This document shows, piece after piece, positions 37,911-51,220 of a stretch of 64,000 nt of DNA; positions within the stretch are counted from its first letter, which is position 1, and every line of letters begins with the position of its first letter. The stretch spans positions 147,932,001-147,996,000 of the forward strand of contig OX597815.1 of assembly GCA_951406725.2 (NCBI GenBank), in the 5' to 3' direction. The stretch is from Octopus vulgaris. Lineage: Eukaryota. Made by a program: the position numbers and the translations under genes. A model generated the notes under the pieces. That model was not told the origin of the DNA. It saw only the letters and a list, made by a program, of their open reading frames with translations, and searched no databases.

Positions 37911-40900
37911 GATATCAAGAATTTCATGTAGATAACAAAGTATTTCGAAAGTCTAGGTACACATTTGAAAGAATACCGAGACAATTGTAGAAGAAACGTA
38001 TGTAATGAGATAAAATATGTATTCCTGATAATGAAGGCCAGTGAATGAAGACATAAGAAAAAATGGCCTAGGGAGAACTTAAGCTATGTAGAAAGCATGC
38101 ATGAGAAATCTGATAAGGCGGGCAGTCATGAAATTAAAAAGCTCATTCCTTTCAACGATACTGTCGAAATCCTCTCAAAACTAGTCAAAGTAAATCGTGT
38201 GTATAAAGTCAGAAATCTTGCATAATTTATTTCAGTTTCTAAAACATTAAAACTTGCAGAGGAATTTACATGCTCTCAAGCCGTTATCTCTATCTCAAAG
38301 GAAAATACATGGCGTCCAATCAATACCTAGAACATTTGGCTGTTATTTATACCGTTTTAGTTGTTGTTAAACAGATGGCTACAAAGCATAATGATTAAGA
38401 TTTGACTGTAGTTCAGTTATCTGAAACATGACTTATTGCCTGACTCATAATGCTAGTGAGGCGTAACAGCAAACACACACACACATACACACACACACGC
38501 ACGTGCATGAGTATGCGATTGATGCATTTTACAGTGTAGCTGAAAAAAATATTTACTGTATCCTATTGACAAACAAGTTATGACATTTAGAATTATATAG
38601 CCTTTCTCGTTCCAATATTTTTCTCTTTCAACTAATATGCTGGTTTCGCAGACGGCTACGAACCGAGCACAGTTCGTATTAGAAGGAACTGTACGTAAGG
38701 AAGAAAAGCCTAAATATCCACGAACGCCCGGCTAAGAACTTGAAATCAAGTTGAGTGAAATGGTTACGAGGAAGGGCAAAGCAATGATAGACGAGAACCG
38801 CGTTGAATCACGATGCATTGGTTGCAGTTGCAACATCTAAATATATGGAATAAAATTTCAGCCACTGTATGTCAAAACTGTATTACGAAAATCATAAGTT
38901 TGTTTTCAACGAAAATAGATTGAAACAGAATATGCACTGCTATTGTGGTGATAGCATTCAATGTCAAAATAACATATTGACGGTGTCAAGTAATGCTTTA
39001 TTGAAACTGGTTAGAACATTTAACATACGCACACAAGCAAACATGCAAATACTTATGCACACACACACATATATACATAAACTTACGCACACACACAATC
39101 ACAAGCATAAATTTGTGTTTTTATTTATGTTCGTTATAATAATTTACATCAAACGGCTTCCATTGTTTAACATAATTAATCCTCTCAAGATGGTGCGCTT
39201 AATTAAACAACAGAAATCAATTAAGGATGTTTGTAAAGACGAAACATATTGAATGAAAAAAAAGATAATATATCTAGATTATTTAATCAGATTATCAAAA
39301 GGGAACTTAAGCTGAGTTTGTCAAAATCTGTGCAACTGAAGCCAAAATGTGTTGCGTTTACGCGAGGTAACTCTAAACCTCACAACATCAATTGTGTACT
39401 TCATCCTTCATTAAGAGTGAGAAGAACAGGTTAGTTATTATGTAATAATGACTCTAGTAGATTTATAAGTTATTTGGCAATGCTTGGGTTGCATGGAGTG
39501 TCTGGACGTGGGGTAATAACTCTGGCGAGGGAACGTATGTTGCTCTTCGGTGTAGTCCATCCACTTTGGTCTTCACCTCACACGCTGCTCTCACCTGTGA
39601 CTTCTCAATGTTGTCTGCATGCAGCAACATCCACAACTCATACAACGGCTTCTACAGGTCGGCTAAACCATGGTGAGTTTTGCCGACCGTTTCGAACCAT
39701 CACTGAGCTTGGGTTTGTGTATCTATGCATTTAAAATATAGACCCGGTGGACTGTGCGGTGGAAAACATTAGGCTGGTTCAACAAGTAGAAAGTTGAACA
39801 AGCAAGCATTATGGAGAGCAGACAGAGTAATGTGTAACACGAAGGTCACTGTAACTGTCTACTGCATCCCAACCTATGTCTAGTCGTTTACGTATTAATT
39901 TTCAGGTTGGTTTTTGTGATTGTGAGCAGGCTCTTCTCTAGTTTAGAGATTTTATAGCTTGTCTGCTTTGTGCGCTCTTATATCTCTATGCATGATGTGA
40001 GTAGCATGTTAGATTTACAGTGCAAGTACTGCCGCTTGATGTGCTGTAATTTATCAAGTGTGTGGATTGTACATAACACACGTAGTGAATGGCTTGTGTT
40101 TTGAGAAAGCTAATAGTTTGTAAATTTTTTAAAGAAAGCTTTGTTTTATGCATTCATTATCCTTTCAGAATAGTGGTAAATTTCTGTTATTTTCTTAGTA
40201 GAACGAGATGGCCAGATGTATGCTAAATGTACTTAAGTTCATGACTGATAAGTTAGCGACTGGTGAGAATTACTTGGCGAATTTAGTTGAAAGGGTGACG
40301 TGTGGGTCAGTAGAATGCCGTTTGGATATGGCCCTTGATTTGGTCAACCTAGATCATTTCACCTGGATGAAGGTAGAAGGTTAACGATCTGAATTACCCA
40401 TTGATTCGTGGATACAAAACTGACGATTTGTCCAAGTATTACATCTTTAGATTGCCATTGAACAAAATGAGAAAATGTGTTATTCTCGCTACATTCGTAA
40501 CCCAACAATGCCCATTGTACAGTGATGATTTATGGACTTTCATTTCTTCCAAGATTCGGTCAGAAATATTATAAATGTATTTAGGTGTTGATATCGTTTT
40601 TTGTTCAATAGCTATTCATTATATTTTCTCATTTATATTTGCGGCAGCATGGGGAAATATGCCGTAGAATATATTTATCACCAGGAAGATGGATTTTTAC
40701 GCAAATATTTAATTTTGGGAGTAAGTAACGAAACTTCCCACATCAAATTTATATCTGTGGTCAATTAGTCTGTGATCATTTAATTAATCCAATTAACGAT
40801 TTAATAATTTGCACTAAGTATAAACATGCTGCTTCTTTACCTAATATTTTGATAGTCGTCTACTTATTATCCTATTGTTTTCTGGAGAATCAAGCTAGAG

Positions 40901-43389
40901 GAATTTCTTTATTTACTCAGCATATTATGTTTAGTACGCTTTGTAATTAACATTTGATGCTACTCTTTAATTGCTTTTAACATCCTACGTTATTCTGGTT
41001 TTACTTATAATCTCTCTGGCGTGTATATGACTTATACATACCATTTCATGCATACATACATACGTAATAAATGCATACATACATATATGTGTGCAAACTT
41101 CCATAAAACGTGCGTACACGCACCCACTTACCTACCTGGCTGCCTAGCTACCTACCTATAGACATACACATATATTATATATATATATATATATATATAC
41201 ATACGTAGATAAATACATGCAGCATATATATATATATATGTATATGTATGTACGCACTTACATATATATATATATATATATACACAAACTTACGGGCATA
41301 CACTCACACACATGTATGCATATATATGTTTGTGTGTATGTGTGTGTGTACGTTTAGTTTTTAGTGTTGTGGCTCCTTTTTGTCGTAATTAGTACCTGTT
41401 GTTTTCTGGAGAAACAATGAAAGCAACTCAACTCACGGTTTCTTGTACTAAAGACGCATCTTATAAATGGGTGGACGACCAAAAGAATACCTAGTGACAT
41501 ATATCTAGTTCTGGTAGACGCGTAATTGTTCCAACTATTTTATAACGCTGTATTGTTCATTTTATTAATATCATTTTTACGTAATGTATGAATAAGTACA
41601 GAAATAGCAGAACATTTTCCCCAAGTCAAATTATTTTCGTTGCCAGACGTAACTGGCATTTAGCAAATAGCAAGGAACTGACCACGTTGCTGACTTCAAA
41701 CTTACCAAGTGTTTTGTGATATGTCGTATTCATTATAAGATTTTAAGGTGTCGTCATTTGATTATGCATCTTCAGTATGATGCACTGAAGATATTTTGAG
41801 ATATATTCAATAATGTTTTTTGTATTATTGCATCTATTGTGGATTCGATTCAACAGGGAATAGTATATAATAGAATAGAAAATTAGTTTAACCTCTATGA
41901 ATGTAGCGATGTAAATGATGAAATGTGAGTGAGAGAAGTGATAATCATACAATAGTATCGTATATAATGGTGTATATAAAGAAATTTTCTTTTGTTTTCA
42001 GTAGGGAAAGAGATATGGTCAAAAGTGTGATACGATGATAAAATGCTTATACTGCTTGAGGAATCAACTGAGTATTGGATATAGTGCAGAATTCAATACG
42101 GATGATAAATGTGTTACTCCGGTAGAAAGAAAATGTTGCTATCATTCATTGTGATCCAATGAAACTTAAATATGTAGATGTCTTTACTGTGACAGGAGAA
42201 ATTTTTGAAGCAGTTACGTAATTATGACTGCTTTTTATTTGAGATTAGCTTGATAACTAGCGAGTCAATAAAAATGTTTCGCGATATGCATTATATTAAA
42301 ATATGCAATATATTTTGATTTCACGTCTGCTCTTTAAAAAATAGTGCTGTACTTGTATCTGTGTCATTAAACTATTTATTATACATATATTGACACCATA
42401 GCAGAACTGCACTCTTTTGACCAATATTGCAACAAAAGATCAATTACTGCATTTAATGCTGCACGCAGTTTTGTTATTTAAGGTTATGCATTTGATATGG
42501 GTAAAATTAGCCCCTCTTTTTTTTCTAGAAATAAACTAACGATCCTAATGATGCACAATGTGCTCTATGCCAGGTAGTCCTTCTCTATATATCTTTATTT
42601 AGTATTAATTATATATTTCAATTTATTCACTGCGTATTTACGCATGCTTTTCCAGCATTGGAGGGAAAAGTCCTCAAACATTTATTACCAAGGCTTGTTG
42701 TATGTGAAAATTCATTTGTACAATACATATTACAGTGTACATCCCACCGTATAAACTCTCCATGCTGTTCTATGAGCTTCTATATTGCGAGGATTATATT
42801 TTGCTTAGAATAAACCGATTATGAACGATTTGGGCATTTTATGACACTTTTGCCTCAAGTGCAATATTTTTACTCCTGGTCACCATATTCTTTCATTTTT
42901 TTCTGAATAGAGAACATATTTCTAGTATACAAGCTACATCCTAATCATATGTATATGCTCTAGATTTAATACGTTACTAATTTTAATCCGTCACTTACAT
43001 ATTTCTCGGACAAATAATTTTTTATAGTTATATACTATCTAATATCTAATATAAAATCTTACCATAATTACATGGTTGTATCCAAAAATTATTTTTCTGT
43101 TACAGTATATATGAAAGTATTACTTGTCATTACTCTGAAATTTGAAATACACTGATATTCCATTGCTAGATAATGTTTCACTGAATCACTGCTTCATTTG
43201 TACGCTATTTCTGAGTATCGGATCTGTAGTTTGTGTGTGATTTAGAAAGATCACTTTTCAACACAGTATTATTTTGCTTCAGTCCCATAGCGTGACACCT
43301 TGCGCAAGTGTCTTCTGCTATAGCCCAGGTCCGAACAATGACTTGTAAGAGGCTTCGGTAGGAGGAGATTGCATGGAAGCCTATTATTC

Positions 43390-43478
<89 letters not shown>

Positions 43479-43824
43479 AAACCTAAAGTCAAGAATTTGT
43501 CTCATGACTTGAATTTCAAATCACTGCCACTCTCAAGCAAAACGTAATGGCGAGTGAGTCGGACCGCGAGGCAAACGCTTGGCGTCAATAAATAGATAAA
43601 TATCACATGCGACATGCAGTATTGACATCTTTCTCATTCCTCTACCATGAAGTAACTTATATATATGTATTTGTGGATGTATGCATGCATGCATGTATGT
43701 ATGCCTGTATGTATGTATGCACGTATGTATGTGTGCATATATGCTTATATGTACGTTTGTATGTATGTACGTATTTATGTATATATGCATGTACGTATAC
43801 GCGCGTGCACACACACACGCATAT

Positions 43825-44020
43825 AGCACCGTGATCACCGTGACCGACCAAGCTATCAGATGTTGCTACACATCACTGGTCACAATGCGCTTCGCATTGT
43901 TTTAGCCTTCAAATGACGGTACCGAGCAGGCCAAAAAAAAAAAAGAGTGAGAGAAAGTTGTGGCGAAAGATAGCAGCAGGGATCACCATCACCCCCTGCC
44001 GGAGCCTCGTGGAGCTTTTA
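43825..44020 (-). mobile_element. SINE S3 tail b, 5'-truncated
   Basis: Reverse-complement similarity to 24150-24346. Confidence 0.8.
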
Positions 44021-45128
44021 TATGTATATACATATAATATGGGTGGCTTATTAGCAATCTGACAACTTACGGACGAATTTATAGACTCACTAAAGTGATA
44101 GAGGGTACAAGGTGTTACCAATATTTCTAGATATCAGAATCAAAACGACTCATTAACCACAAAAGCATTATGTTAGTAAGCTGACAAGGGATCCCTCCGA
44201 TCGCCGATAAAGCCATGTCACGTGATTCCGAATTTTGATGCATCTAAATTCTCGCGAGTGACTCTTTCTGTGCGTAGGGTTAAGCTCAACTCACCTCGGC
44301 AGCCGTTCAAAACATGCGCTGATTTGAAAAACGGTAGCAGCGAAAGTTATAAATAATATGGATGGTTTATTAGTAATGAAACAACCTAAAGGCAAATTTA
44401 AGACGTCATTAGAATGGCGTATGTATGTATGTCAGTGTGTGTCTGTGTCTGTGTCGGTCCGTTTGCCACTGCCTCATCGCTTAATTGAGTTGATTTCCTT
44501 TATGCACCCATAACTATTCGGTTCAGTAAAATAAAATGATATAAGTACCGCACTAAAGCATATAAGTGCAGGGAGCGTGATCCAGGGTCGCAGCAGACCC
44601 ATGGGTAATACAAGTTGAAATAAAATAAAACTATGATCTGCCTTCCAACAATCCATATTTTCCTTAAACTCTCGATCAGTCAGGTGAGACGTGAAGCTAA
44701 TTTTATATCCTCTATGTTTAACCCCTGTGGGCAATAAATAAATAATTTTGGTGTTTTATTCTTCTTTTCATTAAACAACTAACTACAAGACAAACTTTCT
44801 AAATTGAAACTTATCTTATAAGTCGACCTGTCTCTGTAATACATAATTTTCTGTACATTTCATCGAATGAATTGAGATTTGTTAGCATTATAGTTTCACA
44901 TTTAGTATGATTTGACAGTAAATATTTGTAATTAAGTGAATGTCATATATGATATCAGCGTAGACATAGATACAGCTAATAAATGTATAGATAAAATTGA
45001 TGTTTCCTCGAAAGCTTTGTAATCTTTCTTCAAGTTATTGTTAACATCTTGACCACCAATAATATCACAATTACTTACGAATATATCCCTGTGAATCGTG
45101 AGATGCTTTATATCTGTAAAGATGAATA

Positions 45129-45190
<62 letters not shown>

Positions 45191-45519
45191 TGCACGTGTG
45201 TATCTTTTAGCTTTTAATTGTTTCAGTCAGTTATTGGATTGCAGCAAAACTAGGGTATCACCTTGAAAAATTTAATCGAACGAATCCAGTGCAGTATTTA
45301 TGTTTCCATGCGTTGTGTTTATTCTATTGGTCTCTCTAGCGAACTGCTAGGTTATGGAGTTGTAACCAATCAGGCACCGCTTGCCAAACGGTTTTGAAGT
45401 TGACATGTAATTATAAAGAGATTCTCTCGGTGTCTATCAACCAAATAGGCTCACAAGACTTTGATCGGTCCGTGGCTGTAGTAGAAGCTGCATGAAACTA
45501 GAGAGAAACAATCTATCTC

Positions 45520-45575
<56 letters not shown>

Positions 45576-45620
45576 TTATGAAAGAATGGAGTTGAACGAC
45601 GAATTAACAAAATTCCTTTA

Positions 45621-45700
45621 TTTTCCACATATGTTTCGAAAGGCTGCATATTCCTAATTGCGAAGGAATAAGGAGTATATTATGCCGCTTTCTCATCAGG
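45621..45700 (-). ncRNA. Hammerhead motif, cleavage triplet GUG
   Basis: Minus strand: CTGATGA-GAAAGCGGCATA..TATGCAGCCTTTC-GAAAC-ATAT-GTG-GAAAA. Confidence 0.7.
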
Positions 45701-45778
45701 CAATTATCACTATGGGCTCCGTGTGAGCAGTCATCTAAAAGATTTTTGTGCATCTTGATGTTGACATAAGTTCCTGGC

Positions 45779-45861
45779 TTTTCGTGATGAGAAAGCGGCA
45801 TAATATACTCCTTATTCCTTTGCAATTAGGAATATGCAGCCTTCGAAACATATGTCGAAAA
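45779..45861 (+). ncRNA. Hammerhead motif, C3G
   Basis: TTTTC-GTGATGA-GAAAGCGGCATA..TATGCAGCCTTC-GAAAC-ATAT-GTC-GAAAA. Confidence 0.7.
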
Positions 45862-46044
45862 TAAAGGAATTTTGTTAATTCGTCGTTCAACTCCATTCTT
45901 TCATATCTTTATAGTTAAAAAAAACATACAAATTTCCACACGAAAGCACGTAACTTCAAACGTGTCTTCTCTGATGTGAATTTGCTACCCAGATATCGGT
46001 TAACCGAATTATCCATAACAAGATAATTCATTCAACTACTCAAA

Positions 46045-46104
<60 letters not shown>

Positions 46105-47072
46105 TACATGTATTCAAACAAACACGCACGGATATATATGTATAATGTATCTATTTTCTTATTAGAGCTGCATGAAGCAAAGATGATTACATTCTGGTAG
46201 CGATTAAGTTATGGTTAACACGGTTGAATACTAGCGAAAGGAAAATATTTTCTAGGAAGAAACAAACGATTTTATAGAAAATATATGTGCAAATGCAACA
46301 TTGTCCGACGTTGAAGTGGCATAACAACCAGAAACATAGATATCATCTGATGTCATCATTCATACTCAAATGTTGCTTCTTCACATACATTCTGTTAAAG
46401 GTATCTCGGCAATTTATTGGTAAAGAAGGCGTTAAATATAGTTTCAATGTATGTTTCTTCGTGCATCGTTCGTTGGTCGAGCTTTCAAGACAGTAGAAAA
46501 AAGTATTATATATTGTTTAAATAAAACAATAGCTGTTTATTAGTAGGCTGTGATTGACATATTCGCTGTCTGTATTTCAGAAACGCATACAAACTGTAGA
46601 CGGACGACATTTTTAATTGGTCAATGATATATAAGTTCAGACGTGTCTTTCGGGAAAATATCTATGTTCACCTATAGACGAAGGTGTTGAATACAATTGT
46701 ACATACACTAAGATTTATTTACATATATACATACATACACACACACGCACGCACACACACAAACACACACACATAGACACACATATATTTGTTGACGTCA
46801 TTTGTCTTTGTTGTCGCACACATTCGCTTGAATTCTCCCAAAATATTTAATGCCTTTAACTTAGATTTTGGGGGACACACAGATTTGAACAGTCACAAGT
46901 GTAACTGACCGAAACTTTAAGGATAACTTGGTAATTTGACTGACGTGAGGAGGCTGCTAATGCCCCGTTTTGTTTTTTCATTTTCGTCTATTTATCGTTT
47001 TCGTTTCCTTCTTCGCAACGTCTATCTGTCCGGATTATTTCGTACTGTCATATCTCGCGTTCTAGTTCCATA

Positions 47073-47320
<248 letters not shown>

Positions 47321-47681
47321 ATTAAATTAGAGATAAAACCAATATTAGGCAAATCAAACAGTGAAAATCATAAGCAAATACATAGAAAAAAATTAATTAA
47401 AAAATATAAAATATAAATATTAAAAAATATAAAATATAAAATTCCAAATTAAAATATTTAAATTAAAGTTAAAATTTTAAAAATCATTTAAATAATTGAA
47501 ACTTATAGATTTTAAATATATATATTTATATATATATATATATATATATTATTTTTATTATTATTATTATTTTATTGTTTTATTAAAAAAAATTTTATTT
47601 TTTCATTTATTTATTTATTTTTTGTAAATTATATAAATATCAAAAAGTATTAAGAGTTTAATATAAGATATATAGTAAAAA

Positions 47682-47775
47682 CACTACGATCGTTTCATGC
47701 CCGTAACCAATTCAAATAACAATAATTTAAATACAATTAATAATTCGAATTATGGTTACAGTCTATCTTCAGGTT
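47682..47775 (-). ncRNA. Hammerhead motif with long stem II, in a very AT-rich block (47330-48700)
   Basis: Minus strand: CTGAAGA-TAGACTGTAACCATAATTCGAAT..ATTTGAATTGGTTACGGGCAT-GAAAC-GATC-GTA; palindromic ACGATCGT stem III, weak stem I. Confidence 0.65.
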
Positions 47776-48717
47776 AATTGTAATATTTTAATAAGTAAAC
47801 AGAAATATTTAAACAATATTTTTAAGAAATAAATAATATAATAATTTTACTTATAAAAAACTCTATTATAAAACTAGAAACATTCCGATTACGATTAAAT
47901 CAAAACATCAATTATAATGTTAAATATTAATTTTAATTTTTAAGTATTAATTTTTAAGGTAAGAAACCCACCAATAATCTAATATCAGTAATTGTCAATA
48001 TCTAATTACATAAATATTTTACAAAAAAAAATATTATATTATTAAAAATATAAAATTCAAATAATATATAAATTATCAATGAATATATATAAATGTATAT
48101 AAATATTATAATTAAGGTCTAAAATAATCTCTAAATATATATATATATGCACATATAATAAAGACCTAATGAATTAATTTTTCATATTTAAAGATGAAAT
48201 AGCTAATTTTTAAAAAAACAGACAAACAATCTTAAACGAACGCTATATCAACTTAACTATCTTTATATCTCGTTGGCTAAATAATAACTTTCAGAAATCT
48301 TATATTTAGAATACTTAAATTAATAATCAATTCGTAGTTATATAGTATAAAATAAATACTATAAATATATTTATCAATGGGAATAATAAATCTAGCAAAT
48401 ATCAATTTGAAAGACAATAGATAAGTTAAAACAATAATTATAAGAAATTTAAAACTACAATTAATGCTATTAATACATGTATATACATAAACCTAACTTC
48501 AAACAACTCGTATACTTGCTATCAAACAACATATCTATCGCTAAGTAAATTCTTACGAATAAACTTAAAGTTAATATCTAATAATTATGAAGAAAAATAC
48601 GATAATTAGATCATTACATAAACAACGATATTTACATAAAAAACAATATTATTACACCATAAGACTTATAAAATATTAAAATTCAAAGATCTTAAATATA
48701 TATATATATATACTTAG

Positions 48718-48759
<42 letters not shown>

Positions 48760-48821
48760 CTATACATACATATAAATATATAAATGTATATATATACATA
48801 TATATATGTACACATATATAT

Positions 48822-48864
<43 letters not shown>

Positions 48865-48885
48865 AATATATATACATATATATAT

Positions 48886-48919
<34 letters not shown>

Positions 48920-49650
48920 ACACACACACACACACACACATATGTATATATATACGGTTACTTTTAGAAGCGCTCCATCGCTTCCTTCGTTTTACGACAA
49001 TTCTTTGTATTTAATTATTTCGTACGTACTCAAAATATATTGCAAACTGACTATTATAAAATGGGTTTCTTACTTGCGCTGCATTTTTCTCTGTAGTATT
49101 TTATTTTCTTTATTCAGTATTTAGGATATTAGCTGTTATTATCGTTATTACTATTATTCTTTATATATAGGTTCTCTTCATTAGTAATGCATGTTCAATA
49201 CTTAGATTTCCTACACAGAATAAGGCTTCCGATTTACATATAGCATGCATAGAAAAGTAGCATTGGTTTCATTTTAAACCCTCTCTGAGCATTTTTACAA
49301 AGTTGAATACAAATGGATATATACGCTGTTCTAAAAACATTTCTTGTCTTCACTAAATTACATACATTTTTCCTCATTTGAAGCAGTTTTCTCAAGATAA
49401 TTTTGTACCTCTTTCTTCTTGTTTCTATGCAATGTAAAATTTCTTTATGTTAAAGAGAACTTTTCTTTTCTATTCATAAAGTAATGAGTTGGATTATTTC
49501 ATGTTATAAGTTTATACGGCATGTAGCAGCTCGGTGCCGTTAGAGTTTATTTATTGCTAATCGTCAATATATCGCAGCACAATATCAATCTGATACAATG
49601 CAAAACCTGCCTTTCAATGGAATTTATTCTGTCAATGTTAGATATGATGA

Positions 49651-49900
49651 AGGCGGCCAGCTGGCAGAAACGTTAGCACGCCGGGTGAAATACTTTGTGG
49701 TATTTCGTCCGCCGCTGCGCTCTGAGTTCAAATTTCGCCGAGGTCGACTTTGCCTTTCATCCATTTCGCGGTCGATTAAATAAGTACCAGTTACGCACTG
49801 ATGTCGATATAATCGACTTAATCCGTTTGTCTGTTCTTGTTTTTCCTCTCTCTGCTTAGCCTCTTGTGGGTAGTAAAGAAATAGGTATTTCCTCTGCCGT
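49651..49900 (+). mobile_element. SINE S2, full length; another degraded copy at 50285-50460
   Basis: GGCGGCCAGCTGGCAGAAACGTTAGCACGCC..GAGTTCAAAT..GGTAGTAAAGAAATAGG. Confidence 0.88.
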
Positions 49901-50889
49901 TATTATTAACGGTGGTGCTATTAGTAATTTTCATTGCAGCACAAGTAATAACAGTAACAATATTTCCGTCGTGGTAGCAATGTGAATGCTATGAACTTCA
50001 ACTGATATGCGTATTTCTTTTTCTGATGAATATATTTTACGAAATTTCTGGCAAATATAGAATTCACAATTTTCCTCTATAAACGTTCGTACATTTTATT
50101 ACGTTTGTCTTTTCTTGAACTGATAGTTTTGCCTAACTCATTAAGTTAGCAGTTTGTATCAAGATTATAATTTCGCTTATCCTACACTCCCGTTAGCATA
50201 TCTTAACTAAACATACTTGACCAAATTTCTTATTTCTTGTAAAAATGACATTACACGCATCCTATTATATATGTGGGCTAATAGTATTAGCACGCCGGTG
50301 AACTACTAAGCGGTATTGCGTCTGTCTTTATGTTCTGAGTTCAAATTCCGCCGAGGTTGACTTTACCTTTCATTCTTTTAGAGTCGATAAATTAGGTACC
50401 AGTTGCGTACTGGGGTTGATCTAATCAACTGGCCGCCTCCCCCAAAATGTTGTGCCTTGTGACAAGAGATCAAAAAAATATGAAATATGATGCTTCTTAA
50501 TTGTAAGACATTCAAATTCATATGACATCGTCCATTTTCAATCGAAAATAAGGAGAGAACTCGGCAACTTACATTTAGCATTTACCTTTTTAAAAATACT
50601 TATCATGTGTATCACCCTTCCCTTGGCTAAGATTAGACTCAGGCTTCTTAAAGTATTTTAAAACAATTTTCTTGAGCGATAGGGCTCATAAAGAATTATG
50701 TGGACAACGGGTTACTACCTGTAAACTTAAGTATTCATAATTTTTCAGCAGTCTTTCAAATGCTTAAAACCGTCTTGATAATCCTAGCTGTCCCTAACAG
50801 ATAAACTTAGTGAAGGAGCCCTACCGAACTTTCTATTTCAATGTTCTTCAGCCTTCTGATATTGGCCCCCAAGGATCGAAGAATAATTT

Positions 50890-51220
50890 TCACTCTCCTT
50901 TTAATTGTAACAGTGATTTGACTGCGACCATGCTGGAGCACCGCCTTAAATCGAAGAAATCAATCCCAGTACTAAATGTCTGTAAGCTTATTACTTATTC
51001 TATCGGTTTCAATATCGATTGTCAAGCGATGGTGTGGGGGAAAACACATATATATATACACACATACATACATACATACACACAATGATGAACTTATTTT
51101 TGTTTAACAAATCAAGCCAGAAGTGTTTAGTCAGCCCAAGGTTATAGTAGAAGACACTCTTAGTGGAATTTTACGCGGAACCCTTTAGTGAGGAAGCCAG
51201 CTTCTTACCACATTCCCCCG
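50890..51220 (-). mobile_element. Degraded SINE S1; another at ~45205-45490
   Basis: GACTGCGACCATGCTGGAGCACCGCC..TATAGTAGAAGACAC. Confidence 0.7.

Larger units (their letters stand above)
45577..46040. mobile_element. HHR-bearing PLE-like element, family A, copy 3; palindrome 45577-45905
   Basis: ~120-bp near-perfect inverted arms with an ~86-bp spacer; 45915-46040 is similar to the reverse complement of 16715-16860. Confidence 0.88.

Noticed and set aside
38637-38735. Short ORF MLVSQTATNRAQFVLEGTV.. with possible splice sites
   Set aside because: Too short; any resemblance to known proteins is not supportable.
47330-48700. Mitochondrial insertion (very AT-rich block)
   Set aside because: No mitochondrial gene, rRNA or tRNA recognised; it carries an HHR motif, so a repeat origin is more likely.
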